Shown here: positions 29,111 through 38,996 of the stretch, piece after piece
Numbering within the stretch: the first letter of the stretch is position 1
Layout of the letters: each line of letters opens with the position of its first letter
Origin: Pseudomonadota bacterium
Lineage (GTDB): Bacteria > Pseudomonadota > Alphaproteobacteria > Sphingomonadales > Sphingomonadaceae
Direction: 5' to 3'
Length of the DNA: 64,000 nt
NCBI GenBank assembly: GCA_039815865.1
Contig: JBCBYM010000001.1
Location: 3,933 to 67,932 of the forward strand
Translations under genes and position numbers: made by a program
Notes under the pieces: model-generated
What the model saw: the letters and a program-made list of their open reading frames with translations, nothing else
Told to the model about the DNA's origin: nothing
The model's database searches: none

Positions 29111-31341
29111 CCGCCGCTCTGCTCCTCGCCGCTCATCCCCATCTGCCAAAGCAGGAAGCTGAATTCCTCCGCCGTCTCATAGAGCGAATTCCAGCGGCCC
29201 GACTTGCCACCATGGCCGGCGCCCATATTGGTCTTCATCATCAGGATGTTGTCGTCCGTCTTGGTGTCGCGCAGCTTCGCGACCCATTTGGCCGGCTCCC
29301 AATAGGTGACACGCGGATCGTTCAATCCGGCGGTGACCAGCAGGGGCGGATATTCCTGCGCCTGAACCTGATCATAGGGGCTGTAGCTCAGGATAAAGGC
29401 GAAGGCCTCCTTGCTGGTGATCGGGTTGCCCCATTCCTGCCATTCGCCGGGCGTGAGCGGCAGGTCTTCGTTGAGCATGGTGTTGAGCACGTCGACAAAC
29501 GGCACATGGGCTACGACCGCGCCGTATTGCGCCGGGTCCTGATTGACGATCGCGCCCATCAGCTCTCCGCCCGCCGAACCGCCGCTGGCCGTCACCATAC
29601 CCTCTGCGGTAAGGCCCATGTCGATCAGCCCGCGGCCCACATCGACAAAATCGTTGAACGTGTTGGTTCGCTCCATCAGCTTGCCCTGAAGGTACCACTT
29701 GCGCCCCAGATCATCACCGCCGCGAATATGCGCAATGGCGTAGGCAAAGCCGCGATCCACCAGGCTCAGGCGCGTGGTCGAGAAGCCGGGCGGGATCGCG
29801 TAGCCATAAGCGCCGTAGGCGTAGAGGTGCAGCGGACCGGGGCCTTCAATACCTTGATCAGCCAGAAGTTTCGCGCGATCCTTGTGCATCACCACGCTGG
29901 CCGGCACCATCGTGCCGTCGCGCGCCTCAATCTCGACCCGGCGGGTGATGTATTGCGTAGCGTCATAGCCGCTCGGAATTTCCTGGCGCTTCAACAATTC
30001 GAGCGTATTGGCCGCCACGTCGTAATCGTAGACCGTGTCCGGCGTGATCATGCTCTCATAAGAAAGGCGCAGCTTGGTCTGATCGTATTCGGGGTTGTTG
30101 GATAAGCCCGCCGAATAGCTTTCCTCAGGAAAGGTGATCGACTGGATCGTCTGCGGCGAGGCGTACTGGCGGATCTGCACCTTATCGAGGCCCTTGAGGC
30201 GCCCTTCGGTAACGAAGAAGCCCTCAAACAGGTCAAACCCGGTGAGGTAGAATTCATCCGATCCCGCGATCACGGTTTCCCATTGGCCCGGTGTCTCCAA
30301 AGAGGCTTTGGCCAAGCGGAAATTGATGTGGTCGTCATTGGTCCAGATCCACAATTCGCCCCCGTTTTCGCCGGTGCGGATATCAACGCTGTATTCGACG
30401 CCCTTTTCGCGCGGTTTGATAAGTGTGAGCTCACCTGTCGGATCAGCGGCGGAGACAAAGCGCACTTCGCTCGTCTCGTTGTCGCCGGTTGCGATGATCA
30501 GATAATCGTCCTGCGCGGTCAGCCCGGCGCCGACGCTGAAACTCTGATCGTCTTCGAGATAGAGCGAGACATCCGTCTCGTTGGGCTCGCCAATCGTGTG
30601 CAGCTTGACCTCAAGCGAGCGCCATTCCTCGGTCGAGGGCGTGTAGACCAGCGCCGTGTCATTCGCGACCCAGGTCAGCCCGCCGCGCAGGTTCGGGATC
30701 TCATCGCCAAGCAGTTCTCCGGTTTCCAGATCCTTGATGCGCGCGGTGTAGCGTTCCGATCCGTTGGTGTCGGTCGCGTAAGCCATGTAGCGCCCGTTCT
30801 GGCTGATCGTGAACGCGCCAAGGCGGAAATATTCGAGCCCCTCGGCCATTTCGTTCTGATCAAGGATCACCTCACCCTTTGCGTCCGCTGGCGCACCGAC
30901 GGGCTTGCGATAATAGCGCGGATACTGATCGCCTTCCTTGAATTCGGACCAGTAGAGGAAGTTGCCGCTGCGCTGCGGCACGCTGGAATCGTCTTCCTTG
31001 ATGCGCGCCTTCATCTCTTCGAACAGCGTGTCCGTCTGCGCCTGAAGCGGGTTCATGTTGGCTTCGAAATAGGCGTTTTCGGCCTTCACATAGTCCAGCA
31101 CGTCCTCGTCATCAACGGTGGGATAGGACTTGTCATAGAGCCAGTCATACGGGTCTTCGATCGTGATCCCGTGATGCGTATAGGTGTGCGGCACTTTCTT
31201 GGCGATGGGAGGGGCGGCTTGTTCTGCGCTCACGCTTGTCGTGTCCTTATGGTTGTCAGCCTGGGCCCCGAAAACCGGCGCGATGGCAAGGCTTGCTGCG
31301 CAGCTAAGCGCAATGGCACGAAATTTCGAGGAATTGGCCAT
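29107..31341 (-). CDS. ptrB: S9A oligopeptidase B-like serine peptidase, exported
   Basis: Signal peptide from ATG 31341, DPYDWL, beta-propeller region, GGSAGG, DPRV, GAGHGG catalytic triad. Confidence 0.88.
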   Translation of the reverse strand: MANSSKFRAIALSCAASLAIAPVFGAQADNHKDTTSVSAEQAAPPIAKKVPHTYTHHGITIEDPYDWLYDKSYPTVDDEDVLDYVKAENAYFEANMNPLQAQTDTLFEEMKARIKEDDSSVPQRSGNFLYWSEFKEGDQYPRYYRKPVGAPADAKGEVILDQNEMAEGLEYFRLGAFTISQNGRYMAYATDTNGSERYTARIKDLETGELLGDEIPNLRGGLTWVANDTALVYTPSTEEWRSLEVKLHTIGEPNETDVSLYLEDDQSFSVGAGLTAQDDYLIIATGDNETSEVRFVSAADPTGELTLIKPREKGVEYSVDIRTGENGGELWIWTNDDHINFRLAKASLETPGQWETVIAGSDEFYLTGFDLFEGFFVTEGRLKGLDKVQIRQYASPQTIQSITFPEESYSAGLSNNPEYDQTKLRLSYESMITPDTVYDYDVAANTLELLKRQEIPSGYDATQYITRRVEIEARDGTMVPASVVMHKDRAKLLADQGIEGPGPLHLYAYGAYGYAIPPGFSTTRLSLVDRGFAYAIAHIRGGDDLGRKWYLQGKLMERTNTFNDFVDVGRGLIDMGLTAEGMVTASGGSAGGELMGAIVNQDPAQYGAVVAHVPFVDVLNTMLNEDLPLTPGEWQEWGNPITSKEAFAFILSYSPYDQVQAQEYPPLLVTAGLNDPRVTYWEPAKWVAKLRDTKTDDNILMMKTNMGAGHGGKSGRWNSLYETAEEFSFLLWQMGMSGEEQSGG

Positions 31342-31476
31342 GAGGCGATAGTCCTTTGGCTGAACGCGCGCGACTGGAAAGCGCGCCGTGGTGGGATTAT
31401 GTGGTAGGCTTGTAGCCACCCGGCGAGGCTGCGTGCAATGGCGCGCATCGCTCAACGCCATTCGAGGATCGACCAA

Positions 31477-33294
31477 ATGCTGATGCAAACCCATGAAGCC
31501 CGCCTTGCTGCCCTGCGCGAAGAGCTCAAGCGCCGCGAGCTTGATGGCTTCGTTATCCCGATCTGCGATGAGCATATGAGCGAGTATGTCGGCGAATACG
31601 CTCAGCGCTTGGCTTGGCTCACCGGCTTTGGCGGGTCGGCCGGGTTTGCGGCGGTGACCTTGAACGAGGCGGCGATCTTCGTCGACGGGCGCTACACAGT
31701 GCAAGTGCGCGACCAGGTGGATGAAAACCTGTTCGCCTATCGCTCGATCCCTTCGGACACTCTGGGCGCGTGGCTGAAAGAGGTGTGCGGGCAAGGTGCG
31801 CGCATTGCCTACGATCCGTGGCTCCACACCTGGGCCTGGGTCGAAGCGCTCGAGCGTGTGGTTGAGCCCGCCGGTGTTGAGATGGTCCCGGCCAAGAGCA
31901 ACCCAATCGATGCCGTCTGGTCCGACCAGCCAGCCCCGTCGGACGCGGTCGCGCTGGTGCATGATGACGTGCACGCGGGGCAATCTTCCAGCGAGAAACG
32001 CAGCGCGATTGCCGAATGGCTCGATGGCGAGAAGCTGGACGCCGTGGTCGTCCCTGCGCTTGATTCCGTCGCCTGGCTTTTGAACATGCGCGGCAGCGAT
32101 GTCAGCCATACGCCGGTCGCGCTGTCCTATGTGATCGCCAAAAGCGATGGGACAGCGGATCTGTTCATCGCCTCTGAAAAAGTGACGCCTGAGCTCGTTC
32201 AACATCTGGGAAACGCGGTCACGGTGCGCGAACGCTCAGCCTTCGAGACCGCTCTGGCCAGCGAGTTCAAGGGCCAAAGCGTCAGCGTTGATCCCAATTT
32301 CGGCGTGGTCGGCATCGCGCAAGCCCTTAGGGCTGGAGGCGCGAAGTTCACTTTCAAGGACGATCCCACCATCCTCGCCAAGGCAATGAAGAACGCCGCT
32401 GAGGTGGCCGGGCACCAATCCGCGCAAGCGCGCGACGGTGTGGCGGTGGCGCGCTTCCTGCGCTGGCTCGAGGAAACCGCGCCCAGCGGCACGGTCGACG
32501 AACTGGGCGCGGCGGCCAAGCTGTTGGAGATGCGCGGTTTGAACCCGGACCTGCGCGATACCAGTTTCGACACGATTTCGGCCGCGGCGGGCCATGCGGC
32601 TCTTCCGCATTACCGGGTCGATGAGGACAGCAACATAACCATCCCGCCGGGCTCGATTTACCTGGTCGATTCGGGCGGACAGTACCCCGCGGGGACCACC
32701 GACATCACCCGCACGGTGTGGATCGACAGCCCCGCAGGCTCTGAGCCGACAGCGGAGATGAAGGACCGTTTCACGCGTGTCCTCAAAGGGCACATCCAGA
32801 TCGATCAAGCGGTCTTCCCGCAAGGGACGTGCGGCGGCCAGCTCGACGTGCTCGCGCGTCAGTATCTGTGGGAAGCGGGCGTCGATTACGCGCATGGCAC
32901 GGGGCACGGCGTGGGCAGTTTCCTCGCAGTGCACGAAGGCCCGCAGCGCATCGCCAAGCCAACCGGCGGTCAGACGGGCACCAATGCCGAACTGCACGCC
33001 GGCATGATCCTTTCCAACGAGCCGGGCTATTACAAGCCCGATGCGTTCGGCATCCGGATCGAGAATCTGGTCTTGACGGTCGAGCGCGAGATCGAGGGTG
33101 CGGAAGGGCGATATCTCGGCTTTGAATGCCTCACATGGGTGCCGATTGACCGGCGCCTGATTGAAAAGAGCCTTTTGACATCGCCGGAGATCGCCTGGCT
33201 CGATGCCTATCATGCTCAGGTGCGCGCGATCCTGGCCCCGCAAATGGAGGGCGAGGATCTGGCGTGGGTGGAGCGCCAGACCGCGCCGCTCTGA
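31477..33294 (+). CDS. aminopeptidase P (M24B) family protein
   Basis: DEHMSEYV, SFDTI, DSGGQY..GTTDITRT, HGTGHGVG..L.VHEGP, SNEPGYY, GIRIEN. Confidence 0.93.
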   Translation: MLMQTHEARLAALREELKRRELDGFVIPICDEHMSEYVGEYAQRLAWLTGFGGSAGFAAVTLNEAAIFVDGRYTVQVRDQVDENLFAYRSIPSDTLGAWLKEVCGQGARIAYDPWLHTWAWVEALERVVEPAGVEMVPAKSNPIDAVWSDQPAPSDAVALVHDDVHAGQSSSEKRSAIAEWLDGEKLDAVVVPALDSVAWLLNMRGSDVSHTPVALSYVIAKSDGTADLFIASEKVTPELVQHLGNAVTVRERSAFETALASEFKGQSVSVDPNFGVVGIAQALRAGGAKFTFKDDPTILAKAMKNAAEVAGHQSAQARDGVAVARFLRWLEETAPSGTVDELGAAAKLLEMRGLNPDLRDTSFDTISAAAGHAALPHYRVDEDSNITIPPGSIYLVDSGGQYPAGTTDITRTVWIDSPAGSEPTAEMKDRFTRVLKGHIQIDQAVFPQGTCGGQLDVLARQYLWEAGVDYAHGTGHGVGSFLAVHEGPQRIAKPTGGQTGTNAELHAGMILSNEPGYYKPDAFGIRIENLVLTVEREIEGAEGRYLGFECLTWVPIDRRLIEKSLLTSPEIAWLDAYHAQVRAILAPQMEGEDLAWVERQTAPL

Positions 33295-33324
33295 GGCGAA
33301 CAAGTCGATTGCGCCATTTCGGAT

Positions 33325-33339
33325 GTTCCTATAATGTTC
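33325..33339 (+). promoter_or_regulatory. alphaproteobacterial LexA (SOS) box overlapping a -10 element
   Basis: GTTC-CTATAAT-GTTC = GTTC-N7-GTTC, with TATAAT inside the spacer, 32 bp upstream of the VOC gene. Confidence 0.8.
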
Positions 33340-33371
33340 CGGTCAACGAGTCGGAATAGGGAGAACACGAG

Positions 33372-33755
33372 ATGATCGGCTATGTGACGCTTGGAACCAA
33401 CGATCTGCCGCGCGCTGCGGCCTTCTATGACGCTTTGGCCGAGCATTTTGGCGTGGGCCGAATGATGGAGTTTGAAACCTTCATCGCCTGGGGCGAGATG
33501 GGCGGCGCGCCCGGCGTTGCCGCAACCAAGCCCTTCAACGGCGAAGCGGCGACCCATGGCAATGGGACGTTGGTGGCGCTTCAGGCTGATGGCCCGGAAA
33601 TGGTGCAGGCGGTGTACGAAACCGCGATGGCAAACGGTGGAAGCGATGAAGGCGCGCCGGGCCCGCGCGGCGATGATGGCTTTTACGCCGGCTATTTTCG
33701 CGATCCCGACGGGAACAAGCTCAACGTCTTCTGCATGACCGCACCTGTAGCCTAG
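33372..33755 (+). CDS. VOC/glyoxalase family protein (MmcA-like candidate)
   Basis: MIGYVTLGTNDL..AAAFYD, GNGTLVAL, FYAGYFRDPDGNKL. Confidence 0.88.
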   Translation: MIGYVTLGTNDLPRAAAFYDALAEHFGVGRMMEFETFIAWGEMGGAPGVAATKPFNGEAATHGNGTLVALQADGPEMVQAVYETAMANGGSDEGAPGPRGDDGFYAGYFRDPDGNKLNVFCMTAPVA

Positions 33756-33790
33756 ACGGTCAGCGCGGCGACGCTCCTTACCAATTTGGC

Positions 33791-33822
33791 AAAGCAAAGG
33801 CACGCGTGTCGCGCTTTGCTTT
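33791..33822 (+). terminator. putative terminator hairpin after the VOC gene
   Basis: AAAGCAAAG ... CTTTGCTTT inverted repeat. Confidence 0.55.
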
Positions 33823-34132
33823 CGCGTGGATGAACCGGTCCTCCAAAGCGATACACGGTGCGACAAAATTGCCGGCACACGGCATAATCGTGCGACACAG
33901 CGCCCCTATAAGGGGTTTCATGAGTTGCGGCGGACGTGTCAGGAGACACTCCCCCGATTGAGCTCCGGCCTGTTGCAATGGGCTGGCTGACCGGATCCTT
34001 ATCCCCTGATCTTGCTGCCCCCTGGCAAGACTTTCCGGCACCGCTTCCTTGCGCTCTGGCCCGACGCGTCCGTCGCAACTTTCGTGGAACACCGCCTTTG
34101 CGATGTGAGGGCTTTCTCGGGAGATACAATTG

Positions 34133-34855
34133 ATGCGCAAATACACTCTCATGACCGCTGCGATTGCCACGCTGGCTTTGGGTGGCGCCGGAATCGCTCT
34201 TGCTAGTCACCAGGCCAATCACCGCGACGGCCATCTGGCCGGACCCGGCTTCGAACAGGCGGACATCGACGGCGACGGCATCATCACGCTTGAAGAAGCC
34301 AAGGCCAAGAGCGCCGAACGCTTTGAGACGATGGACGCCAACGCTGATGGTTCGCTCAGCCGCGACGATCGCGAAGCCCGCGCCCAGCAGCGATTCGCCG
34401 AAGCCGACGCCAACGAGGACGGCGAAATCAGCCCCGAGGAAATGACCGCTAGCCGCGAAAAGCGCGAAGCTGAACGCGCCGCACGCCGCGCCGAGATGCA
34501 GGCCATGATGTTTGAACGGCTCGACACCGACGGCAGCGGCGGGCTCTCGCAGTCCGAACTTGAAGCAGGCAAGGCCATGCGGGCCGAAATGGGCGGCAAG
34601 GGTCGCCGTCCTGACATGGGCCCCGGAATGCGCCGTGGCGGGCCCGGTAAAATGGCCATGATGGCCCTGCGCCGGGCCGACACCAATTACGACAACGCGG
34701 TCAGCCGCGAAGAATTCGACGCCATGGTCGAGGCCCGCTTTGCGCGGATCGACACCGATGGCTCAGGCACCATCACCGAGGCAGAGCGCGAAACGGCCAA
34801 GACGCAAATGCGCAGCCGCATGCGAAACCGCGGAGGCCAAGGCGCCAGTTCGTAA
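34133..34855 (+). CDS. secreted multi-EF-hand protein
   Basis: Signal peptide and six EF-hand-like loops: DIDGDGIITLEE, DANADGSLSRDD, DANEDGEISPEE, DTDGSGGLSQSE, DTNYDNAVSREE, DTDGSGTITEAE. Confidence 0.9.
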   Translation: MRKYTLMTAAIATLALGGAGIALASHQANHRDGHLAGPGFEQADIDGDGIITLEEAKAKSAERFETMDANADGSLSRDDREARAQQRFAEADANEDGEISPEEMTASREKREAERAARRAEMQAMMFERLDTDGSGGLSQSELEAGKAMRAEMGGKGRRPDMGPGMRRGGPGKMAMMALRRADTNYDNAVSREEFDAMVEARFARIDTDGSGTITEAERETAKTQMRSRMRNRGGQGASS

Positions 34856-34913
34856 CGATCCTCTCCTGGCGCTCCGGACACACGCCCCTGTTTTCCCCGG
34901 TGCGCCATCCCCG

Positions 34914-34972
34914 GCCGGCCCGGCGCGTCCGTTCCAATAGGATCGGACGCGCCGGGTCGGCTTGCGCTTTTT
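34914..34972 (+). terminator. long GC hairpin between the EF-hand gene and the response regulator
   Basis: 18-bp stem 34914-34931/34944-34961 (one G-U), followed by TTGCGCTTTTT. Confidence 0.65.
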
Positions 34973-35006
34973 GTCCACCTGCCCCATCGCTGCAAGGAGT
35001 AACGAA

Positions 35007-35807
35007 ATGAGCGAGCAAGACATGAGCATGCATGCCGGGCGCGATAACGGTTCTGTGAAGATCCTGCTGGTCGACGACGAGGCGACCTTGCGCGAACCAC
35101 TCGCCGAATATCTGGGCGGGCAAGGCTTTGATGTGACCGAAGCGGAGAGCGCCGCTGGTGCGCGCAGCGTTCTGGCCCAGGTCGATGCCGACACCACCGC
35201 CGCGCGCCCGGATATCGTCCTGCTCGACATCATGATGCCTGGGGAAGACGGCCTCTCGCTGTGCCGACACCTTGTTGAAACGCGCGAACTTCCTGTGATT
35301 TTCCTCACCGCCAAGACTGAGCCAACCGATCGCATTGTTGGCCTGGAGCTGGGCGCGGATGACTACGTCGTCAAACCCTTTGAGCCACGCGAATTGGTGG
35401 CGCGCATTCGCACCGTGCTGCGCCGGGTCGCCAAGGGTCCGGCCGCGCAGGAAGAGGATGAAGACTGGCTCTACATATTCGAGGACTGGGTGCTTGAACC
35501 CCTGAAGCGCAAGCTGACCGATCCCGACGGCGTGACGGTGCCGATCTCGACGGCGGAATTCCGCTTGCTGCGCGCCTTCCTCGACAATCCGCGCAAGGTG
35601 ATGGACCGCGATCTGCTGCTCGACATGGTCCAGGGCCGAACCGCGCATCTGTTCGACCGCGCGGTCGACAATCAGGTCAGCCGCCTGCGCCGCAAGATCG
35701 AGAGCGACAGCCGCAACCCGCAATACATCCAAACCGTGCGCGGCGGCGGATACCGCTTTGCCGCCCAAGTCCGGCGCGCTGCGCCCGGAAACCTGCCCCA
35801 GGCATGA
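35007..35807 (+). CDS. OmpR-family response regulator
   Basis: LLVDDE, LLDIMMPGEDG, LTAK, GADDYVVKPF, winged helix RAVDNQVSRLRRKIE, TVRGGGY. AAGGAG SD before ATG 35007. Confidence 0.95.
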   Translation: MSEQDMSMHAGRDNGSVKILLVDDEATLREPLAEYLGGQGFDVTEAESAAGARSVLAQVDADTTAARPDIVLLDIMMPGEDGLSLCRHLVETRELPVIFLTAKTEPTDRIVGLELGADDYVVKPFEPRELVARIRTVLRRVAKGPAAQEEDEDWLYIFEDWVLEPLKRKLTDPDGVTVPISTAEFRLLRAFLDNPRKVMDRDLLLDMVQGRTAHLFDRAVDNQVSRLRRKIESDSRNPQYIQTVRGGGYRFAAQVRRAAPGNLPQA

Positions 35808-37285
35808 AGCGGCTGCTGCCGCGTAGCCTGCTCGGACAGGTGATGGCCAGCGTCATGCTGGCCTTGCTGATCGCGCAGGTTGTGGGGGTGGTTCTGCTTT
35901 ACCGCGCCAGTGGCGATCGGCTGGAACTTTCCGCGCTGACTGCGCTGACCTCGCAGCTGTCGATCGGCGGCGAGCGCCCGGAGCGCTTTTTGGCTGGGCC
36001 GCCGCGGCCCGATGCGCGAATGGGACGGGGACCATCGACCGATATCGAAGCCGCACCGATCCAGCCGGTTGCCCGCTTGCCGCGCCAGTTGCGCTACCGC
36101 CTCAGCCGCGCGCCCGAAGTCGGCCTGACCGCCAGCAACACCACCTCCTCACGCGCTCAGCGTATGCGCGAATTGCTGGAGCAGGAAGGGATCACGCCGC
36201 ACCGACTGGCCGTCGAAGTGCGCCTGGCCGGGGAGGATCCCGAACTCGTCACCTTTGCCCGCACACGCCCCCGGCTTGACGCACGCCGAGCGTGGCGTCT
36301 GCGCAAGCTCTATGTCGCCACCATTCAGCGCACGCCAGACAGCGAGTGGGAAACCGCCCGCGCCTTTGAGCGCAAACCCCCCAGGGACGCGGTCTGGCTG
36401 CTCATCGGCCAAACACTCCTGATCTTCGCGGTCTTGTCCGCCATGCTCTATGTCGTCCTGCGCAGGATCACGCGCCCGCTGGCGGAATTGACCGACCGTG
36501 TTGACGATTTCTCGAAGGCGCCCGACCGCGCGGTCAGGCTGGAGGAAACCGGCCCGGCCGACACGCGTCGCCTCATCGCCGCGCACAACGCGATGGAAGC
36601 TCGCATCGCTGCGCTGCTTGACGAAAAAGACGTGATGCTGGGCGCGATTGGCCATGATCTGAAGACCCCGCTCGCCGCTCTGCGCGTGCGGATCGAGAGT
36701 GTGCCGGACGAAGCGCAGCGCACGCGCATGGCCGACAGCATCGAGGACATCACCCGCACGCTCGATGACATCCTCTCTCTGGCTCGGATTGGCCGTGCGC
36801 GTGGGGAAGCGGACAAGGCCGAAGCGGTCGACATCGACGCGCTGGCGGACAGCGTGGTGGAAGAGTTCGAGGTTCTGGGCGACCCGGTTACGCTGGATCT
36901 GGATGAAAGCCGCTCGGGCCGGCTTGTCGCGCGGGTTCAGGTAACCTGGCTCAAGCGCGCCCTGCGCAATCTTGTTAGCAACGCGGTGCGCTATGGCGAC
37001 CAGGCCAGCGTTGCGGTGCTGGTGCGCGAGAACGCGAAGGGGCGAACCATTGTCCTGCAGGTGAAGGATAGAGGGCCGGGTATTCCTCAAGAGCGCATCG
37101 GGGACATGTTCGAACCCTTCAAACGCGGCGATGCCTCGCGCAGCCGCGCCACGGGCGGCACGGGTCTGGGCCTCACCCTAGCGCGCGCGATTGCCGAAGC
37201 GCATGATGGCGAGCTGGTGATCGAGAACCGCTATGACGGCGACTTTATCAGTGGGCTGACCGCGGAAATCCGCATCCCGGCTTAG
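35804..37285 (+). CDS. HAMP-domain sensor histidine kinase
   Basis: Two TM segments, HAMP, AIGHDLKTPL, NLVSNAVRYG, DRGPGI, GGTGLGL. ATGA overlap with the regulator gene. Confidence 0.95.
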   Translation: MKRLLPRSLLGQVMASVMLALLIAQVVGVVLLYRASGDRLELSALTALTSQLSIGGERPERFLAGPPRPDARMGRGPSTDIEAAPIQPVARLPRQLRYRLSRAPEVGLTASNTTSSRAQRMRELLEQEGITPHRLAVEVRLAGEDPELVTFARTRPRLDARRAWRLRKLYVATIQRTPDSEWETARAFERKPPRDAVWLLIGQTLLIFAVLSAMLYVVLRRITRPLAELTDRVDDFSKAPDRAVRLEETGPADTRRLIAAHNAMEARIAALLDEKDVMLGAIGHDLKTPLAALRVRIESVPDEAQRTRMADSIEDITRTLDDILSLARIGRARGEADKAEAVDIDALADSVVEEFEVLGDPVTLDLDESRSGRLVARVQVTWLKRALRNLVSNAVRYGDQASVAVLVRENAKGRTIVLQVKDRGPGIPQERIGDMFEPFKRGDASRSRATGGTGLGLTLARAIAEAHDGELVIENRYDGDFISGLTAEIRIPA

Positions 37286-37313
37286 GGGCGCAGTGGCCTG
37301 AGCCACCACAACT

Positions 37314-38888
37314 TCAACGCATCAAACCGCCGATCAGATTGCGCACAAACCGCCCCGCAATCGGCCCGGCCAGATCCGTCGCGATTGAGCCAGCCGCCGA
37401 TGTGAGGCCCGAGGCGACCGGATTGGCGCGGCTCTTTTTGCCCAACACGGCCGCTGCCGCCGCGCCGGCCATGCCGCCCGCCGCCACCTTGGTCCCGCGC
37501 GAGATCGCCTTCTCCCAGATCGATTTGGTCTTGCGCGAGCGTTTGCGCACTTCCTCTTCGCCCTTTTCCGCCACTTCCGCAGCGGTGTCGACCGCGTCCT
37601 GGGTCTTAGCGAGCAGGATTTCCTCCGCGCTTTCCCGATCCACCGCCTCGTCATACTTGCCTTCAAACGGGCTTACGGATTGGATGATCGCGCGCTCCTT
37701 GGCGTTGACGGGGCCAAGGCGCGAGCGCGGCGGCTTGATCAGCGTGCGCTGGACGATCGTGGGCGCGCCTTCCTCATCCAGCGTGGAGACCAGCGCCTCG
37801 CCCACGCGCAGCTCGGTGATCACCTCTTCGGTGTCGAGCTCTTCGTTGATGCGGAAGGTTTCCGCCGCCGCCTTGATCGCGCGCTGATCGCGTTTGGTGA
37901 AGGCGCGCAGGGCGTGCTGCACCCGGTTGCCAAGTTGGCCGGCGACCTCCTCTGGGATATCGATCGGGTTCTGCGTCACGAAGAACACGCCCACGCCCTT
38001 GGACCGGATGAGCCGCACGACCTGCTCGATCTTGTCCTGCAAGGCCTTGGGCGCGTCATCGAACAGCAAGTGCGCCTCATCAAAGAAAAAGACGAGCGTG
38101 GGTTTTTCCGGATCGCCCACTTCGGGAAGGCTCTCGAACAGCTCGGCCAGCAGCCACAGCAGGAAGGTCGCGTAAAGCTTTGGGCTGCGCATCAATTTGT
38201 CCGCAGCGAGCACGTTCACAAGCCCGTGCCCCTGATCATCTCTGGCCAGGAAATCGTCGATTTCCAGCGCCGGCTCGCCAAAGAAGTGGTTCGCCCCTTG
38301 CGCCTCGAAACTGAGCAATTGGCGTTGGATCGCCCCCACCGATTGCTTGGAGACGTTGCCGTATTTGCCCGAAAGCTCCTTCGAGTTCTCATAGGCGAAT
38401 TGGAGCATCGCGGTGAGATCGCCGAAATCAAGCAGAAGCAGGCCATTCTCATCGGCGTGGCGGAAGATGATCTGCAAGACCCCTTCCTGCGTGTCGTTGA
38501 GGTCAAGCAGGCGCGCCAGAAGCAGCGGGCCCATCTCGGAGATCGTGGTGCGGATCGGGTGGCCCTGCTCGCCGTAGAGATCCCAGAAGACTACGGGATT
38601 ATCGGAATAGGCGTAGTCTTCCATGCCCAGTTCCTTGGCGCGGCCTTCCAGCTTGTCGGCGTGCTTGAAGGTGGGCGATCCGGGCATGGCGATGCCGGAG
38701 AGATCGCCTTTCACATCCGCGACGAAGACCGGAACGCCGTTTGCGGAGAAGCTTTCCGCCAGACCCTGAAGCGTCACCGTCTTGCCGGTCCCGGTTGCGC
38801 CCGCGATGAGACCGTGCCGGTTGGCGCGGCTCAAGGCGAGGCTCTGGTTCTCGCCATTCGCGCCAAGGCCAAGAAAGATATCGCTCAT
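37314..38888 (-). CDS. DUF853/YjgR (HerA-like) ATPase
   Basis: [56 protein letters not shown]. Confidence 0.92.
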   Translation of the reverse strand: MSDIFLGLGANGENQSLALSRANRHGLIAGATGTGKTVTLQGLAESFSANGVPVFVADVKGDLSGIAMPGSPTFKHADKLEGRAKELGMEDYAYSDNPVVFWDLYGEQGHPIRTTISEMGPLLLARLLDLNDTQEGVLQIIFRHADENGLLLLDFGDLTAMLQFAYENSKELSGKYGNVSKQSVGAIQRQLLSFEAQGANHFFGEPALEIDDFLARDDQGHGLVNVLAADKLMRSPKLYATFLLWLLAELFESLPEVGDPEKPTLVFFFDEAHLLFDDAPKALQDKIEQVVRLIRSKGVGVFFVTQNPIDIPEEVAGQLGNRVQHALRAFTKRDQRAIKAAAETFRINEELDTEEVITELRVGEALVSTLDEEGAPTIVQRTLIKPPRSRLGPVNAKERAIIQSVSPFEGKYDEAVDRESAEEILLAKTQDAVDTAAEVAEKGEEEVRKRSRKTKSIWEKAISRGTKVAAGGMAGAAAAAVLGKKSRANPVASGLTSAAGSIATDLAGPIAGRFVRNLIGGLMR

Positions 38889-38996
38889 TATGGTCTCCAA
38901 CCCCCACGCATTTGCTCCGGTCACGCTGTGCAGAGCCAAGACGAAGGGGTCAAGCGTGCGCGCGGAGCCTCTCGACTTGAGGCCGCGAATGTCTAG

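Noticed and set aside
31342-32205. 288-aa N-terminal extension of the S9 peptidase in the ORF track
   Set aside because: It is antisense to the well-supported aminopeptidase P gene, and a clear signal peptide starts at 31341.
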